This document shows, piece after piece, positions 46,213 to 61,560 of a stretch of 64,000 bases of DNA. The notes under the pieces were generated by a model. That model did no database searches, was not told the origin of the DNA, and saw only the letters and a list, made by a program, of their open reading frames with translations. Every line of letters begins with the position of its first letter. Within the stretch, counting starts at the first letter, position 1. The position numbers and the translations under genes are program-made. The stretch lies in contig NC_135771.1 in assembly GCF_052425735.1 (NCBI RefSeq), positions 5,580,001 through 5,644,000 of the forward strand, given 5' to 3'. The DNA comes from Oculina patagonica (Eukaryota).

Positions 46213-46584
46213 TTACTTGCTGCTGGTGTACTTGGTCACAGCCTTGGTTCCTTCACTGACGGCGTGTTTGGCCAGTTCACCGGGCAGAAGCAGCCTGATG
46301 GCGGTCTGGATCTCGCGGGAGCTGATGGTTGATTTCTTGTTGTAGTGGGCAAGGCGGGAAGCTTCGGTGGCGATGCGCTCGAAGATGTCGTTGACGAACG
46401 AGTTCATGATGCCCATGGCTTTGCTGGAGATACCTGTGTCAGGGTGAACTTGCTTCAACACCTTGTAGATGTAGATAGCATAGCTTTCCTTTCTCTTTCC
46501 CCTTCTCTTCTTCTTTCCTTCAGCCGAGGCCTTTGCCTTACCGGCTTTCTTCTCGCCTTTCTTTCCTGCAACTTTGGGTGCCAT
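46213..46584 (-). CDS. H2B: Histone H2B (replication-dependent)
   Basis: Canonical H2B fold ending AVTKYTSSK; intronless; 3' stem-loop at 46165-46180. Confidence 0.99.
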   Translation of the reverse strand: MAPKVAGKKGEKKAGKAKASAEGKKKRRGKRKESYAIYIYKVLKQVHPDTGISSKAMGIMNSFVNDIFERIATEASRLAHYNKKSTISSREIQTAIRLLLPGELAKHAVSEGTKAVTKYTSSK

Positions 46585-46909
46585 GTCTGTAGATCAGAAT
46601 GGATTTGAATGAGGTAAGGATGGGTGCATCTTGTATTTATAATAAAATCATGAAAGGATCAATTAACATAAGGATCAAAATTCTCGATTACTGATTGGTC
46701 ATTCTGACATGACCGAGGTCAAATTTGATATTTTGCATGTGGTTTGTTTATACCACTTGAAGTCTTTGTTTTATCTTGTCAAATGGAAAGCTCTAATTGG
46801 TGCATTTCGATCCTGCATACCTGATTAGCGGCAAATAAAATTCGGCGGGCATAAATTCAAATTGTGCAATCTCTGAGAAACTTATCTTCGGAGTCTACAA
46901 CTTTCAATC
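46585..46909. promoter_or_regulatory. Bidirectional H2B/H2A promoter (mirror copy at 56724-57043)
   Basis: 325-bp divergent spacer with a TATAAA upstream of H2B, two CCAAT (ATTGG) boxes and GATCC motifs; conserved in both arms. Confidence 0.75.
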
Positions 46910-47290
46910 ATGTCTGGTCGCGGTAAAGGAAAAGCAAAGGGCACCAAGTCCAAGACCCGCTCATCCCGAGCAGGGCTTCAGTTCCCAGTTGGTCGTATCC
47001 ACCGTCTTCTCCGCAAAGGCAACTACGGAGAGCGTGTTGGCGCCGGTGCTCCAGTGTACTTGGCTGCTGTGCTCGAGTATTTGAGCGCTGAAATCCTCGA
47101 GTTGGCGGGCAACGCTGCTCGTGACAACAAGAAGACAAGAATCATCCCCCGTCACCTTCAGTTGGCTGTCCGTAATGACGAGGAGTTGAACAAACTGCTC
47201 GCTGGTGTCACCATCGCACAGGGAGGTGTTCTTCCCAACATCCAGGCTGTTCTTCTGCCCAAGAAGACCGAGAAGAAAGCTAAAGCTTAA
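46910..47290 (+). CDS. H2A: Histone H2A
   Basis: [16 protein letters not shown]; stem-loop at 47315-47330. Confidence 0.99.
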   Translation: MSGRGKGKAKGTKSKTRSSRAGLQFPVGRIHRLLRKGNYGERVGAGAPVYLAAVLEYLSAEILELAGNAARDNKKTRIIPRHLQLAVRNDEELNKLLAGVTIAQGGVLPNIQAVLLPKKTEKKAKA

Positions 47291-48614
47291 ATAAGCTTTA
47301 ACTCACTCAAAAACGGCTCCTTTAGGAGCCACCAAATATTATGAAAGTCATGACCAATGATATTTATTACAAACCCTAGCCTTAAACTGACACGAAATCT
47401 CGTTTACTTTTGCTTTTGCATTCATAAAAGTCGGACCAACGATATTTAAACAAATCGAAATATTATAATCCTTTACAGTAAACTGTCCCGAAATCGCGTT
47501 CACCTTTATTCTGTATTATTAAACTGATAGAGAAAGTGCTTACTCTTTTCAACTCAATTTACAACACGATATAGCTGGACCTTTTTTGTTTGCAACATTT
47601 GAATTACGCATGCGAATCAAACATTTGAAACGCGGGGCGTTACAGAAAATTGCGCCTAGACTTGTAGCATCTAAAGATCAGAAACGCGCGCCAAAATGAA
47701 GAAGTGAATAGCTAGCACTTCGGCTCTCAAGTTTAGGATAATTTGAACCCAAGCTTGCTTTTTAGCTAGCGCGCAAGTAAGACATTTCTTGCTTTGTATG
47801 ACCTGCGAGAAAAATAACGCCTGATCGCAGGTTAGCTGAGTAGCTACGAATCAAAATATTATAAATTTGGTAACAACCAAGCTAGCGCTACCAATGCTGC
47901 ACGATTTCTTTATTCAAATTGGAAAACAGAAAAGTCCGTATTTTGTTGAATACGTATTTTAGTGAAAGATATCTACTCAACCTTTTGTGCGCGCAAACGA
48001 TTAAATTGCGCGCGCGAATCAAGGGTTTCGTTATGGAAAATGCGCCAAAACTCAACTTCGCATCCTTTGATCTCACGCGCGCGTACACCGTCACACACTG
48101 TGAAAATACTAGAAGAAAATAAAAGGGTTGTGAATCTATACACTTCGTTCTTTTAGATTTGGATACTTCATTTCTCTTTATTCAATTTGATCCCTATTTC
48201 TTCAGTTGCAAATTCAGAAAGCTACTTTAGCGTCCAAACAAGTAAAAGCGCACAACTCTAAGTTGCTTTTGGTTTGCATGATATACCCGTTCTTTGGTGT
48301 TAAGATCATAAAGTATTTCAGCTCCCACGTTTTGGGGAAATCAAGCGAACTTTGTCGGCGGCCTTAGAAAAATGCGCCATAAGCCACAAAATGATTTAGT
48401 TCTAAGAAATGTACTGTTATTCCAACTTGCGCAAAGTAAAAAATGTGCTCCATTTTTGTTTCGCTCGTTCCCGCCATCTCCCCCCCCCCCTCTTTTTATT
48501 GCGTGAAATTGCTGTTAATATCAGAGCACATTCTTTAAGATTTTATTGATCATGACTTTTGAGAGATTTGGTGGCTCCTAAAGGAGCCGTTTGTTTGTCG
48601 GTTGGCAGTGCAGT

Positions 48615-49835
<1,221 letters not shown>

Positions 49836-51912
49836 GTGGATTACATCCCTCACAAAACAAACGGCTCCTTTAGGAGCCACCACATTAATAAAAGCAATGA
49901 TCAATCGAAATATTACAATTCAACCCCAGTTACTAGCAATCCGGAGAACAATCAATCTAGACTTGTTTTATCAATAGTGTATACTTATTCTCGAGCTAAG
50001 CAATGCTTTTGCTGTAATTTTTCAGGAGCAATTACATATATAATGAAATACTTTGTTTAAAGACATCGCAAACACAAGTTTCCAAATAGAGGTTTTAATA
50101 TAAGAGCGTTTGGTATTCTTTATAAGCAGTAATGAGGTTTCGGAGTGGCGAAGTCTATTATTGTTGAGTTTTGGCGCGCGCTGCAACCGTCGCAAATAAT
50201 TTACTGATCGGCTGCATATCCGTTGCGCTCGAGGTTTACAGCTTTTCAGTTCAATTCAAAATAAACTTTTACTCTTTTCTGTTTCTGACCTTCAAAGACA
50301 TATCCCTTTTTTAAGAGCGATATGACTCTGATTTGGCAAAAATCGTCTGCGAGATTTTAATGACCTCTCCTTCTCGTGTGCAAATGCAAATTGCATCACT
50401 GTGTTTGCTACAACCTGAACAAAGTCGTTCTTTGATCATTTGTCACATACACTGCGGACGTTTAAAATTAGAGGGAAATGATCGATAAATGTTCTCGTCT
50501 AATCTTGATCTCTCGATCCCTTGATTTTTCGAACTTCCCGATCAGTTAAACTAGAATTTGTTCCGTTTGATTTGCTTCATGTGCACCGTCGAACACGTTG
50601 ATTATGAACCCCCGATTACACGAACTCCCCTATTTCTCGAACGAATTTTCGTCTCCATTCTAAGGTTTGATAAATCGGGATTCCCCTGTATAACTAGTAA
50701 TGTTTCAGTTATAACATCAGACATGTAATTCTCTGTCGATACTTCCGCTAAATCAAAGGCTTCTAGAAGCGTTTTCTTTTGATGAAAATTGCGCGCTTTT
50801 GTTGTAATTTGGCGCGCGTCCGTATCTAGTACAATGAACCGCACGTGTAGCAGTTTGGAGTTGTAATCCAAAACAGTCCAAAATGCACTTCTAACTCTCT
50901 TTTTTTCTTTTCTGCACTATAAAAGAAAAGATCTAGGTCCATACATGTTACTGACTTTATCTAGAATCAGTGCATGATCTTGTTGGCATTGAAATCTGAT
51001 CAATAATGTTGGCAGCGCTTATGAAGGAAATTGTGTATTTACGAAAATCGTGAACACATTTGATCATTTTATCGATCAGTTTGAGAGTACATCTGCTTCT
51101 TAGTTTTCTAGTTAGGAAAACTAGAGGCGTATAATAGGCGCGAAGGAACGATTTTGAAAGGCAAATTTAGTTTGCGCGATACGGGTTGTCCAGAAGGATC
51201 GATAGCGATGGATTCTGAGAAATGTAATGTTTACAATGTGTATCGTTTATCTCACAAAACTAAACGTAAAATAAAATGGTCAATCCCAACTCTTTCTAAC
51301 ACTCAAATAACCCCCATTTCTCCGAAAATTATTACTCTGAGTTCCACCGTAGGCGTACATTCGATAAGTTTGGTCGGAATATCAAACGGTGATTTACAAA
51401 TGGCGGACTGAAGAAGTGTGTACTTGTTGTTCAAATTTAAAAGGCGTTCGGTCATTGGAGATAAACAGAAAGTCTGATTTTATTACAGAATCGCAAGGTT
51501 TAAGAGTTGTTCTTTCTTAGCATTTTCGGTTTTATGAAAGATTGCGATCTGAACTATAGTTATTTAGCTTTTAAGGCGAAATGTTGTTTACAATTTTACA
51601 AGTTTATGAACATTTAAGCTCAAAATTTTCTTCTTTCTCATTATTTATTTCAAAACTGTTTACATCTACATCTTAAAAAATATCATAACTACAAATTCAA
51701 AACCTTAGTTTTAATAAATTTTATTATTATAACATTTTATTTCCGCAAATCGCCGGGTAAACTAGCACAGAATTTGAAGACGCCATTTTCGAACCTTGTT
51801 TCCTCGGTGGTCCGCATCCAGCGCATTTAGTTTACTTGCACATGCAAATAGGCATTTTGAGCTTTCAGTTCTAAGTGATTAGCAACTAGATTCGACGTTC
51901 TAAAATTTCAAC

Positions 51913-52485
51913 ATGTCCGAAGCAGCGAAGTCCCCAGCTAAGAAGAAGGCAGCGGCTAAAAAGCCAGCTAAGCCAGCCGAACATCCACCTTACATAGAGA
52001 TGATCATAGCTGCAATTGTAGCATTGAAGGAGCGAACCGGATCTTCCCGCCAAGCCATCGAGAAATACATCAAAGCCAACTACAAGGTTGGAGAGGTCGG
52101 CTCGCACTTGAAGTTGGCTTTGAAGCGAGGCGTTACCAGTGGAAAACTTGTGCACACCAAAGGAACTGGTGCATCAGGTTCTTTCAAGGTAAACAAGGAG
52201 GCGGAAAAGAAGCCAAAGAAACCAGCGAAGAAGACCGCTGCGAAGAAGAAGCCCGCCGCCAAACCAAAGAAGCCCGCCGCCAAGAAGGCAGCGAAGAAAC
52301 CAGCGGCAAAGAAGGTTGCAAAGAAACCAGCAGCTAAAAAACCAGCAGCAAAGAAACCCGCAGCTAAGAAGCCAGCAGCAAAGAAACCCGCAGCTAAAAA
52401 GCCAGCAGCGAAAAAGCCCGCAGCTAAAAAGCCCGCCAAGAAAGCGGCCAAGAAACCCGCGGCGAAAAAGACCGCCAAGAAGTAA
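51913..52485 (+). CDS. H1: Linker histone H1
   Basis: Globular domain [31 protein letters not shown]; (KKPAA)n tail; stem-loop at 52533-52548. Confidence 0.98.
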   Translation: MSEAAKSPAKKKAAAKKPAKPAEHPPYIEMIIAAIVALKERTGSSRQAIEKYIKANYKVGEVGSHLKLALKRGVTSGKLVHTKGTGASGSFKVNKEAEKKPKKPAKKTAAKKKPAAKPKKPAAKKAAKKPAAKKVAKKPAAKKPAAKKPAAKKPAAKKPAAKKPAAKKPAAKKPAKKAAKKPAAKKTAKK

Positions 52486-53328
52486 AAGCCAAGAAACTCG
52501 AAGGAGTGAGGCATCCTTCACTCAACAAAAACGGCTCCTTTAGGAGCCACCACATGAAATAAAAGAGCAATAATCAACAGAGTACACTTCCCCCCTCCCA
52601 AAAAAATGATCCAATAGTCGAAATTCATTCCCTGAAGATTAACACAAAATTGTGTGACTTGTGGAAGTTGATTGTCGATTTAGCGATAGAATTTCTAGCT
52701 GCAGAACAGGCCAGGCGGTTTATTTTGCGGGTCGAAGCGCGAAGTGCGAGTTATTTAAACCGCCTGTTCTGCAGGCTATAGAATTTCGCACTTTATTCCG
52801 TCACGTCCCCGAGAGCGGTTTGAGTTTTTTTTTTGCGCGCAAATAAAAACACAACCCGGAATAGAGTAAGGGTGAAAATGTGGAGAGGTTTTGGCGTAGC
52901 CTGCGTGCCTCTCTCTCTCTCTTCCCAACTCCCCCTCCCTCGCCTGCAGGCTAGTTTTGGCGAAGAGGCTGAGAGTATTTGATCGCAAGTAGAAGTGAGG
53001 GACTCCTTTTTAGTTCAAAACGAAAGAATACTACAAGGGCACAAATATTGCAGTGCTGTGTACAGACAAAATCTGCGCGTCCTAAACCTCGTGCAGAGGT
53101 AGCGTAGGCTAACTGTATGTATTTACATTGATTCAGACCAAGGAAAGGTCTTGATTTGGATTTTAAAAAACATGGAACCCGCTCTTCCGCTCGAGGAAAC
53201 TAATTTACCCGCGGTGAATAGATATTTCTTAGTAGAAATAGACTCATTTTTACTGTCGATTGGTCATTGCTTTTATGAATGTGGTGGCTCCTAAAGGAGC
53301 CGTTTGTTTTATAAAGGTGTAATCCACT

Positions 53329-53775
<447 letters not shown>

Positions 53776-54186
53776 TCAGTTTACAAATGGATTTATACCT
53801 GGCGGGCTTGTTGCTGATTGGTTCAAAACGAAGAAATCTGATTGGCTATGTAAGATAACCAGTAAATTATATTCACGGTTCTGTGACTGTATTTCGATCC
53901 GAACATGCTTTGAAGATTTTTTCAGGCATTTTTGAATTGTTCTGCTATGGAAAAATCACTCCACAAGTAACAACAGTGAACAAAATATTTCCTTAAGAGT
54001 TTATATGAATGTTTCTCAAAGGTAAAGACTTGTTTCCTTTCAGATAGTTCTTGCACGTGTTGTGTGAATATATTATACGGTAATATTAATGATATTAACT
54101 TGACCCTTGGCTTTGTTGTATGTTGACAACCAATAGGAACATGTTTTCATATAGTGTTTTCTGAGAGGTCATTCTTTACCTTTTAA

Positions 54187-54552
<366 letters not shown>

Positions 54553-54923
54553 ACGGCACTACCAACACAAACAAACGGCTCCTTTAGGAGCCACCAAATC
54601 TCTCAAAAGTTATGATCAATAAAATCTTTATGACTCAGGATATTAAATACAGTTTCATTCAATAACTACTTTGCGCAAGTTGGAATAGCTACATTTCTTA
54701 TAGCTAAATCGAATCGCGTTGACTTCTGGCGAGTCTTTTTGCGCGTATCGTGAAGTCACGTCCCTGGGGTAATCGAAGCGCGCTTTTTTTTCTAATGCTC
54801 GCCAACAAAGTTCGCTTGTTTTCACCAAAACGTGCGAGCTGCAAACCAAAAGCACTGGCGCTAGCAGTCACCAAGGTTTTTGCACCTTAAAAGTGAAGCG
54901 TACGATTCGAGCGCGAAACAGAT

Positions 54924-55283
54924 ACCGTAATGATTCGATTTAGCGCTCGGGGCGCTATTTACTTTTGGCACCTCAAGAGAGGGCGCATCGAGACAGGGCG
55001 CATTTATTTTCGAGAAACAACTAACTTCAAAACAAAACTTTAATAATATAAGATAACTAACAATGACAGAAACTGTAACAGTAGCAAATTGTTGAAAGTT
55101 CACTTACTTTAAAAGAATCGGAGGCGCGTATTAGAATAGGTACACTTATAAGAATGGGGGCGCTTTCTAGAATGGGGGCGCTTATTGGAATAGGGGCGCT
55201 TATTGACAAAAACACATTCGAATGGGGGCGTATTCGGAAGGGGGCGCTATTGGAAGGAGGGCGCAAATCGAATCATTACGGTA
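54924..55283. mobile_element. MITE present only in the right arm of the histone palindrome (second copy at ~60096-60584)
   Basis: TIR TACCGTAATGATTCGATTT; internal GGGGCGCTTATT repeats. Confidence 0.75.
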
Positions 55284-56342
55284 ACATGGAATTTGGGTAA
55301 TGAGTATTATTTTAAATGAAATATCCAAATCTAAAGAAAGAGGCTTATAGATTGCACTCCAATCCTTTAAAATTTTCTTTTAGTATTTTCTACATGTTAC
55401 GTGGCGCGCGTCAGATCAAAGGATGCGGAGGCGAGTTTTGGCGCATTTTCCATAACGGAAACCATTTGATTCGCGCGGGCGATTCAAACGTTTGCGCGCA
55501 CAAACAAACGATTCGATTAAATCAGATAATGCACCTATCAATGTTAAGCCCGAGGGGGGGGGGGGGGGGGGGGGGGGTGTGTTTTTTTTTATTAAAAAAA
55601 ATAATTCCCCCCCCCCCCACAAAAAATATAATATTTTGTGTTTTTTTTTTTTTTTTATTCTTTCCCCCCCCCCCCCCCCTCCCCAACCACCCCCCCCCCC
55701 TTCCCCCCCCCCCCCCCCCCCCCCCCCCCCCATAACTTTCTAAATTTGCATTTAACAAACAAACTTTTCCGTTTTCCAATTTGAATAAAGAAATCGCGCA
55801 CCATTTGTACGGGGTTTTCTTACTTAATTTTTAACATTTTGACATCGTAGATATATCCTCAGTAACAATCTTTTATATGTCTACTCAGAGCCTGGAGAGC
55901 GGGAACGTACACAGGCCATGCCATCAAATCAAGAAATGTCTTACTTGCGCGCTAGCTTAAAAGCAAGCTTGGGTTTAGTTTAACCTATACTAGAGAGCCG
56001 ATGTACAAGCTAGCTGTTTACTCTTTTGATTTCGGGGCGCGTGTCCGATCTCATGGGAAGTCGAGTTTTGGCGCAACTTTATGTAACGTCGAAGGGTTTC
56101 AAATGTTCAATTCGCACGCATAATTAAAATGTTTAAAATACGTCGTGTTGTTCAGCATTTTTTGACAAGCCGACTTTTATGAATGCAAAAGTCGCAAAAG
56201 TAAACTGAAGTAAACGAGGTTTCGTGACAGTTTAATGCTAGGGTTTGTAATATTTCGACTTGTTAATAAATATCATTGGTCATGACTTTCATAATATTTG
56301 GTGGCTCTTAAAGGAGCCGTTTTTGTGTGAGTTAAAGCTTAT

Positions 56343-56723
56343 TTAAGCTTTAGCTTTCTTCTCGGTCTTCTTGGGCAGAAGAACAGCCTGGATGTTGGGA
56401 AGAACACCTCCCTGTGCGATGGTGACACCGGCGAGCAGTTTGTTCAACTCCTCGTCATTACGGACAGCCAGCTGAAGGTGACGGGGGATGATTCTTGACT
56501 TCTTGTTGTCACGAGCAGCGTTGCCCGCCAACTCGAGGATTTCAGCGCTCAAATACTCGAGCACAGCAGCCAAGTACACTGGAGCACCGGCGCCAACACG
56601 CTCTCCATAGTTGCCTTTGCGGAGAAGACGGTGGATACGACCAACAGGGAACTGAAGCCCTGCTCGGGATGAGCGGGTCTTGGACTTGGTGCCCTTTGCT
56701 TTTCCTTTACCGCGACCAGACAT
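56343..56723 (-). CDS. H2A: Histone H2A, second copy
   Basis: ATG at 56723. KKSRII replaces KKTRII. Stem-loop at 56303-56318 with one mismatch. Confidence 0.99.
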   Translation of the reverse strand: MSGRGKGKAKGTKSKTRSSRAGLQFPVGRIHRLLRKGNYGERVGAGAPVYLAAVLEYLSAEILELAGNAARDNKKSRIIPRHLQLAVRNDEELNKLLAGVTIAQGGVLPNIQAVLLPKKTEKKAKA

Positions 56724-57043
56724 GATTGAAATCAAGACTCACGAAGTAGAGTTCTCAGAGATTGAATTTGAATTTAGGCGCGTCGAATTTTATTTGCCGC
56801 TAATCAGGTATGCAGGATCGAAATGCACCAATTAGAGCTTTGCTTTTGACAAGATAAAACAAAGACTTCAAGTGGTATAAACAAACCACATGCAAAATAT
56901 CAAATTTGACCTTGGTCATGTCAGAATGACCAATCAGTAATCGAGAATTTCGATCCTTATGTTAATTGATCCTTTCGTGATTTTATTATAAATACAAGAT
57001 GCACTTATCTTATCTTCATTCAAATCCATTCTGATCTACAGAC

Positions 57044-57421
57044 ATGGCCCCCAAAGTTGCAGGAAAGAAAGGCGAGAAGAAAGCCGGTAAGGCAAAGGCC
57101 TCGGCTGAAGGAAAGAAGAAGAGAAGGGGAAAGAGAAAGGAAAGCTATGCTATCTACATCTACAAAGTGTTGAAGCAAGTTCATCCTGACACTGGTATCT
57201 CCAGTAAAGCCATGGGCATCATGAACTCCTTCGTCAACGACATCTTTGAGCGCATCGCCACCGAAGCTTCCCGTCTTGCCCACTACAACAAGAAATCAAC
57301 CATCAGCTCCCGCGAGATCCAGACCGCCATCAGGCTGCTTCTGCCCGGTGAACTGGCCAAACACGCCGTCAGTGAAGGAACCAAGGCTGTGACCAAGTAC
57401 ACCAGCAGAAGAACCAAGTAA
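57044..57421 (+). CDS. H2B: Histone H2B, second copy with altered C-terminus
   Basis: Same as copy 1 except that it ends YTSRRTK; stem-loop at 57454-57469. Confidence 0.98.
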   Translation: MAPKVAGKKGEKKAGKAKASAEGKKKRRGKRKESYAIYIYKVLKQVHPDTGISSKAMGIMNSFVNDIFERIATEASRLAHYNKKSTISSREIQTAIRLLLPGELAKHAVSEGTKAVTKYTSRRTK

Positions 57422-59477
57422 ACTCACTTTGTGGGTTTCCCGCCAAAACAAACGGCTCCTTTAGGAGCCACCAAATGTTATAAAAGTCTATGACCGACAG
57501 CATATAATTTTGCGCCTGCTTTCAGTTGCTTATTTTCTTGTCACCTTTTTATGAAGTTCCCAGTCTCCATTTAACATTTTTTTATTGCAACGGTAAGGAA
57601 GTTCGTCAGGCAACACCGCTCACGATCGCGCGTTCCGCTTGAAAAATTAGGCTAGGGTGTTGTTAGACCTCACGCACGCGGCACACTTTCCCTTCTCTCT
57701 CTTGTCCTCAGTATGTTTAGAGTAGTAAGCTCTGATAAGTGTTGAGTATCTCCGACACAGAAGGATGAAGTTTATCTGTTTCTCATATCCTAGACTACGA
57801 GCAGTCCCTATTTTTTTCGCAGAGTCCGTCTTCTCGTATCCGCGCAGAGCAAACACGTGACTAGCGCGATAAGCGTCGAAGCACGAGTCTGCGTGGCATT
57901 CTTTTCTTTTCCTCTTCCACAAGCTGCTCGTATGTACTTTACATGATATACGGCGCTATTTTCGCTTTCGCCCTAGCATCAGGAGTTAACCTGGCGGAAT
58001 TGAAAGATAAATCGACGTTACGCGATAGCCACAGGGAAAGCAGTCATTTTTTCCAAAGGTTTGAAAAGTGCCCGCGCGAAAAGCAAGTGAAACTTTGGAG
58101 CACGCGTACGTGCGGTGCAAGAAAAAAACTTGAGAGTGGCCTCAAGCTGCAGTGAGGCCTCACTCGCGCTCTCGGAAACGATACGAATCAAAGCGCTTTC
58201 GGGAGGAAGGTGCGAGAGAATGAAAGAAGGTTGAACTCATTGCAACATTGCACAGAACGCAGTCTGCAACGATTGAGTTGCACCTTGTTCAGTGACGATC
58301 ACTTTGAATTCTTGTTCTGCATTTTTACTGAAAAAGTAATGCCTCGCTTCGCTTTCTCTCGCTCATTAAGAAACTGCCGTTTCTTGCAAATGCTGATTCG
58401 TAGATGTATTCGTGAAACATAAGTTAATTGTTACTTTTTTCTTTAGTCTCACTCTGTAGTATCGATGTGGTACTTTATCAAGAGTGAAAGCCTCAAACGG
58501 TACATAAAGTAGCCTGCGCCGCCGACGAAACTAAATCCTGATTTACATAAAGTAGATATAAAATTAGTTATAGTTGGAGTTGAAATCAAATAATTTTGTA
58601 GTGTAGTAACGCACTTTTACACCATAATAAGATGTGTTCGGATTTGTCTCTAATTATAGGGTTTTGGCTTCGTAATTTACTGAACTATCACTTAAATTTA
58701 GCAGTGAAACAAAAAGCCTAGCCCGCAAGAACCTGGAAAGCCCGCCTTCCCTAAGAGAGCTTGTTCGCAGGCTACCCAAGGCCCTCGATCCGTCCTTGAT
58801 GGCATAATGGCAGGGGGCTCACCATGCTCACAAAACAACTTTGCTAGATCTGCCCTGCTTTCTAGGGCGGATTCCCGGCTTTTAGAACAACCCCTGGACA
58901 ACCCCTTTCACACGTGGTTGTAGTTCACGAGGGGAGTCCCCCCCCCCCCACTGGAGTCCTCGTTTCCTCCCCCTGCTACCTTCCCCTCCCCACTTACCTT
59001 GCTATTTTGTCACTCAGGTTCGCCGCCATGTTGTTTTTTACACGTGTGTAAAAAAATATAGAGGAAAATTGAGTTTACTGCACTTTCGAAGGTTTGTTGT
59101 TTGTCTTAAAGCTGCTCAGGTTTTACTATAGCATCTATTGTGTTATGCCTCGTTCTATAAAGAGTGCCGACGCGGTGGACCGAAGTGGCCCTGCATTCTG
59201 TAGTTGCTCCTTTTCAAACATTAGCTAATTTGACTTACTTTGTTTGCAGGTTCGTCGAAGCCAGAGTCTAGGCCTGAGGCGTTTTGTCGACCTCTGATTG
59301 AGGACCTCTTGCGAAGGTAGGCTAAGCTCAATGATTTACAGTTTAGTTTAACAACTACTAGACTAGATACGACATATGCACCCACAGGAGTTTCTTTTGC
59401 CCTAGTACAAGCATATAAGCTGACAAAATCTGGCCTTTTAAAAATACATAGTTTGTATAAAGACCTTGTAAATTATT

Positions 59478-61560
59478 GGGCCATTCCATTTGATATCCGC
59501 ACACCCCCTATTGAGGGACAAGGAAATCTTGGGGGAGGGAAGGTCATGGAAAAAGGGGAAAATCTGAAGAGGTTTAGAGGAAATGTTGGAAAATTGCAGA
59601 CTTCTGAAGGGGTTTTGGAGTAAAAACAATCTAAATTAATTACAAGATTTCTGAGGCTACGTTTACACGGACATGGTTATCAATCGACACGGTTTCATGA
59701 CCTCGAAACCGCATTGAAAACGACCAGTTTCGAAGTGTTTACACGGAACCTATTTAACCATTTTCCGAATGTTTTCGAATGTGATTGTATAAGCAAGCGC
59801 TGCTCTCTATGCGTGTTTCACCGTGTTTACCCTTCGTGAGCCAGCCAATTCGTGCCAAAATACGCTGCCGTTTTCAAATCGATGCGGTTTCGTCGTTTTT
59901 GACCGTTTACACGTCCAACGAAACCGTATCGTTTTGAAAACGCTCCACTTTTGACAGCGTTTTCAAAACGACCCGGTTTCAGTAGTGGTCTCGCTCGGCG
60001 CCGTGTAAACGAAAGGCGTAACCGCATCGAAAGCGATGCGGTTACAAATGAAACCGTGTCCGTGTAAACAGTGCCTGAGGGGGAGGGGGTTAAAGTACCG
60101 TAATGATTCGATTTAGCGCCCGGGGCGCTTATTTACTTTTGGCACCTCAAGGGAGGGCGAGGGCGCTTATTCGGGACAGGGCGCTTTTTTCATTTTTTGC
60201 AAAACAACCAAATGTTCAAAACAAAACTTTAATATATATTAAAATAACTAACAATAACAAAAAATGTAACATTAACAAATTGTTGAAAGTTCAGTTACTT
60301 TTACAAGAACAATTATTGTTCATTTTAGCAGTAAATATATACGTGTACAGTACGGTGAATGTTCATGAGTTTATCTTTTTGACGTCGACGACTTCAGTAG
60401 AGGCAGTTAGCCACAACAGGAGCGCTTTTTATAATAGGGGCGCGTATAAGAATGGGGGCACATATTAGAATGGGGGCGCTTATTGGAATAGGGGCGCTTA
60501 TTAACAAAAACACATTCGAAGGGGGGCGCTTATTTGGAAGGGGGCACTTATTGGAAGGAGGGCGCTAAATCGAATCATTACGGTATTACCAAAATCAGAG
60601 GGGATACCCTCTCAAATCTTTTTATCTGAAACTGGGGCTTACAGGTAGCATGTTGATTAGCCTGGATTTCAGACATCCCCTTTCTGGTCACCAGCTCTTG
60701 AGAAGGGACGTCTGAAAAAATCGGCACATAAGGCCATCCGGTTACGTCACTACACTTTGCTTTAATTTATGGAGAAAAGTTTCTTTGGAGGCCATGACTT
60801 TGTGAAAGAAAAATCGCTTCCATAATAGATTACAGGGTATAAAATTATTTTCAATTGATAGTAAACTGTTGAAAACTTGCATGAAATGGATGAGCTTTTA
60901 ATCGACTGCAAGCATATATAGAACCGATTAATCTGAACTGATTTGCTTTATCTAACGATCAAAATATATGTTATGCAATGGACAAATACACTGTAAATGA
61001 CAGTTATGGAGGCATCAAGAAACGGAATTCAGTACAAGAATATCTTACTTGATTTTGGACACTGAGTTTAGAAGTCACTGGCTCATCGAGGCTGCAGGAC
61101 ATAATTATAATTAAAAGCTTCGAGCAGCTTTGTTGACAAAACAAGAATACTAGTACATGATTTGGCAAACAGGTGCATGACGAGGCAATGAATGCCGCCA
61201 GTTTAAAACGTACCGGTTTCCCATATTGATTCTGTATCCGTAGGTAACTAAAATATCGGTAGTAATACACTCTTGAAAGGTAAATGACTAGTAAATTTAT
61301 TTCTGCGGTAATCAAACATTTTCAAATTACAATCCTCACGTGTTGAAATTCAGTCATAATTATACATAATTATGCAAATAATTTTATAACTTGACCAATC
61401 AGAATCACTACCTGGCTTTTGGGTATTGGTGTCACCGGACAGCATTTAGTGCTGATTTTTCAGACATCCCTTCTTGGGAGCTGGTGACCAGAGAGGGACG
61501 TCTGAAATCAGGCTACACCTTGATTGGGGGTGGGGTGTACAGATATTAAATGAATAGCCC
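59478..61560. mobile_element. Nested MITE stack
   Basis: Outer TIRs GGGCCATTCCATTTGATATCCGCACACCCC / GGGGTGTACAGATATTAAATGAATAGCCC enclose elements at 59655-60075 (TGA TSD), ~60096-60584 and ~60658-61515. Confidence 0.6.

Noticed and set aside
50430-51130. U7 snRNA candidates (TTGATCAT at ~50432 and ~51060; hairpin at ~51100-51124)
   Set aside because: They lack the CTTT complement to the AAAG core, have no clear Sm-like site, and the spacing to the hairpin is wrong.
55550-55735. Poly-Gly/poly-Pro ORFs
   Set aside because: Homopolymer-rich, low-quality sequence inside a MITE; probably a sequencing artefact.
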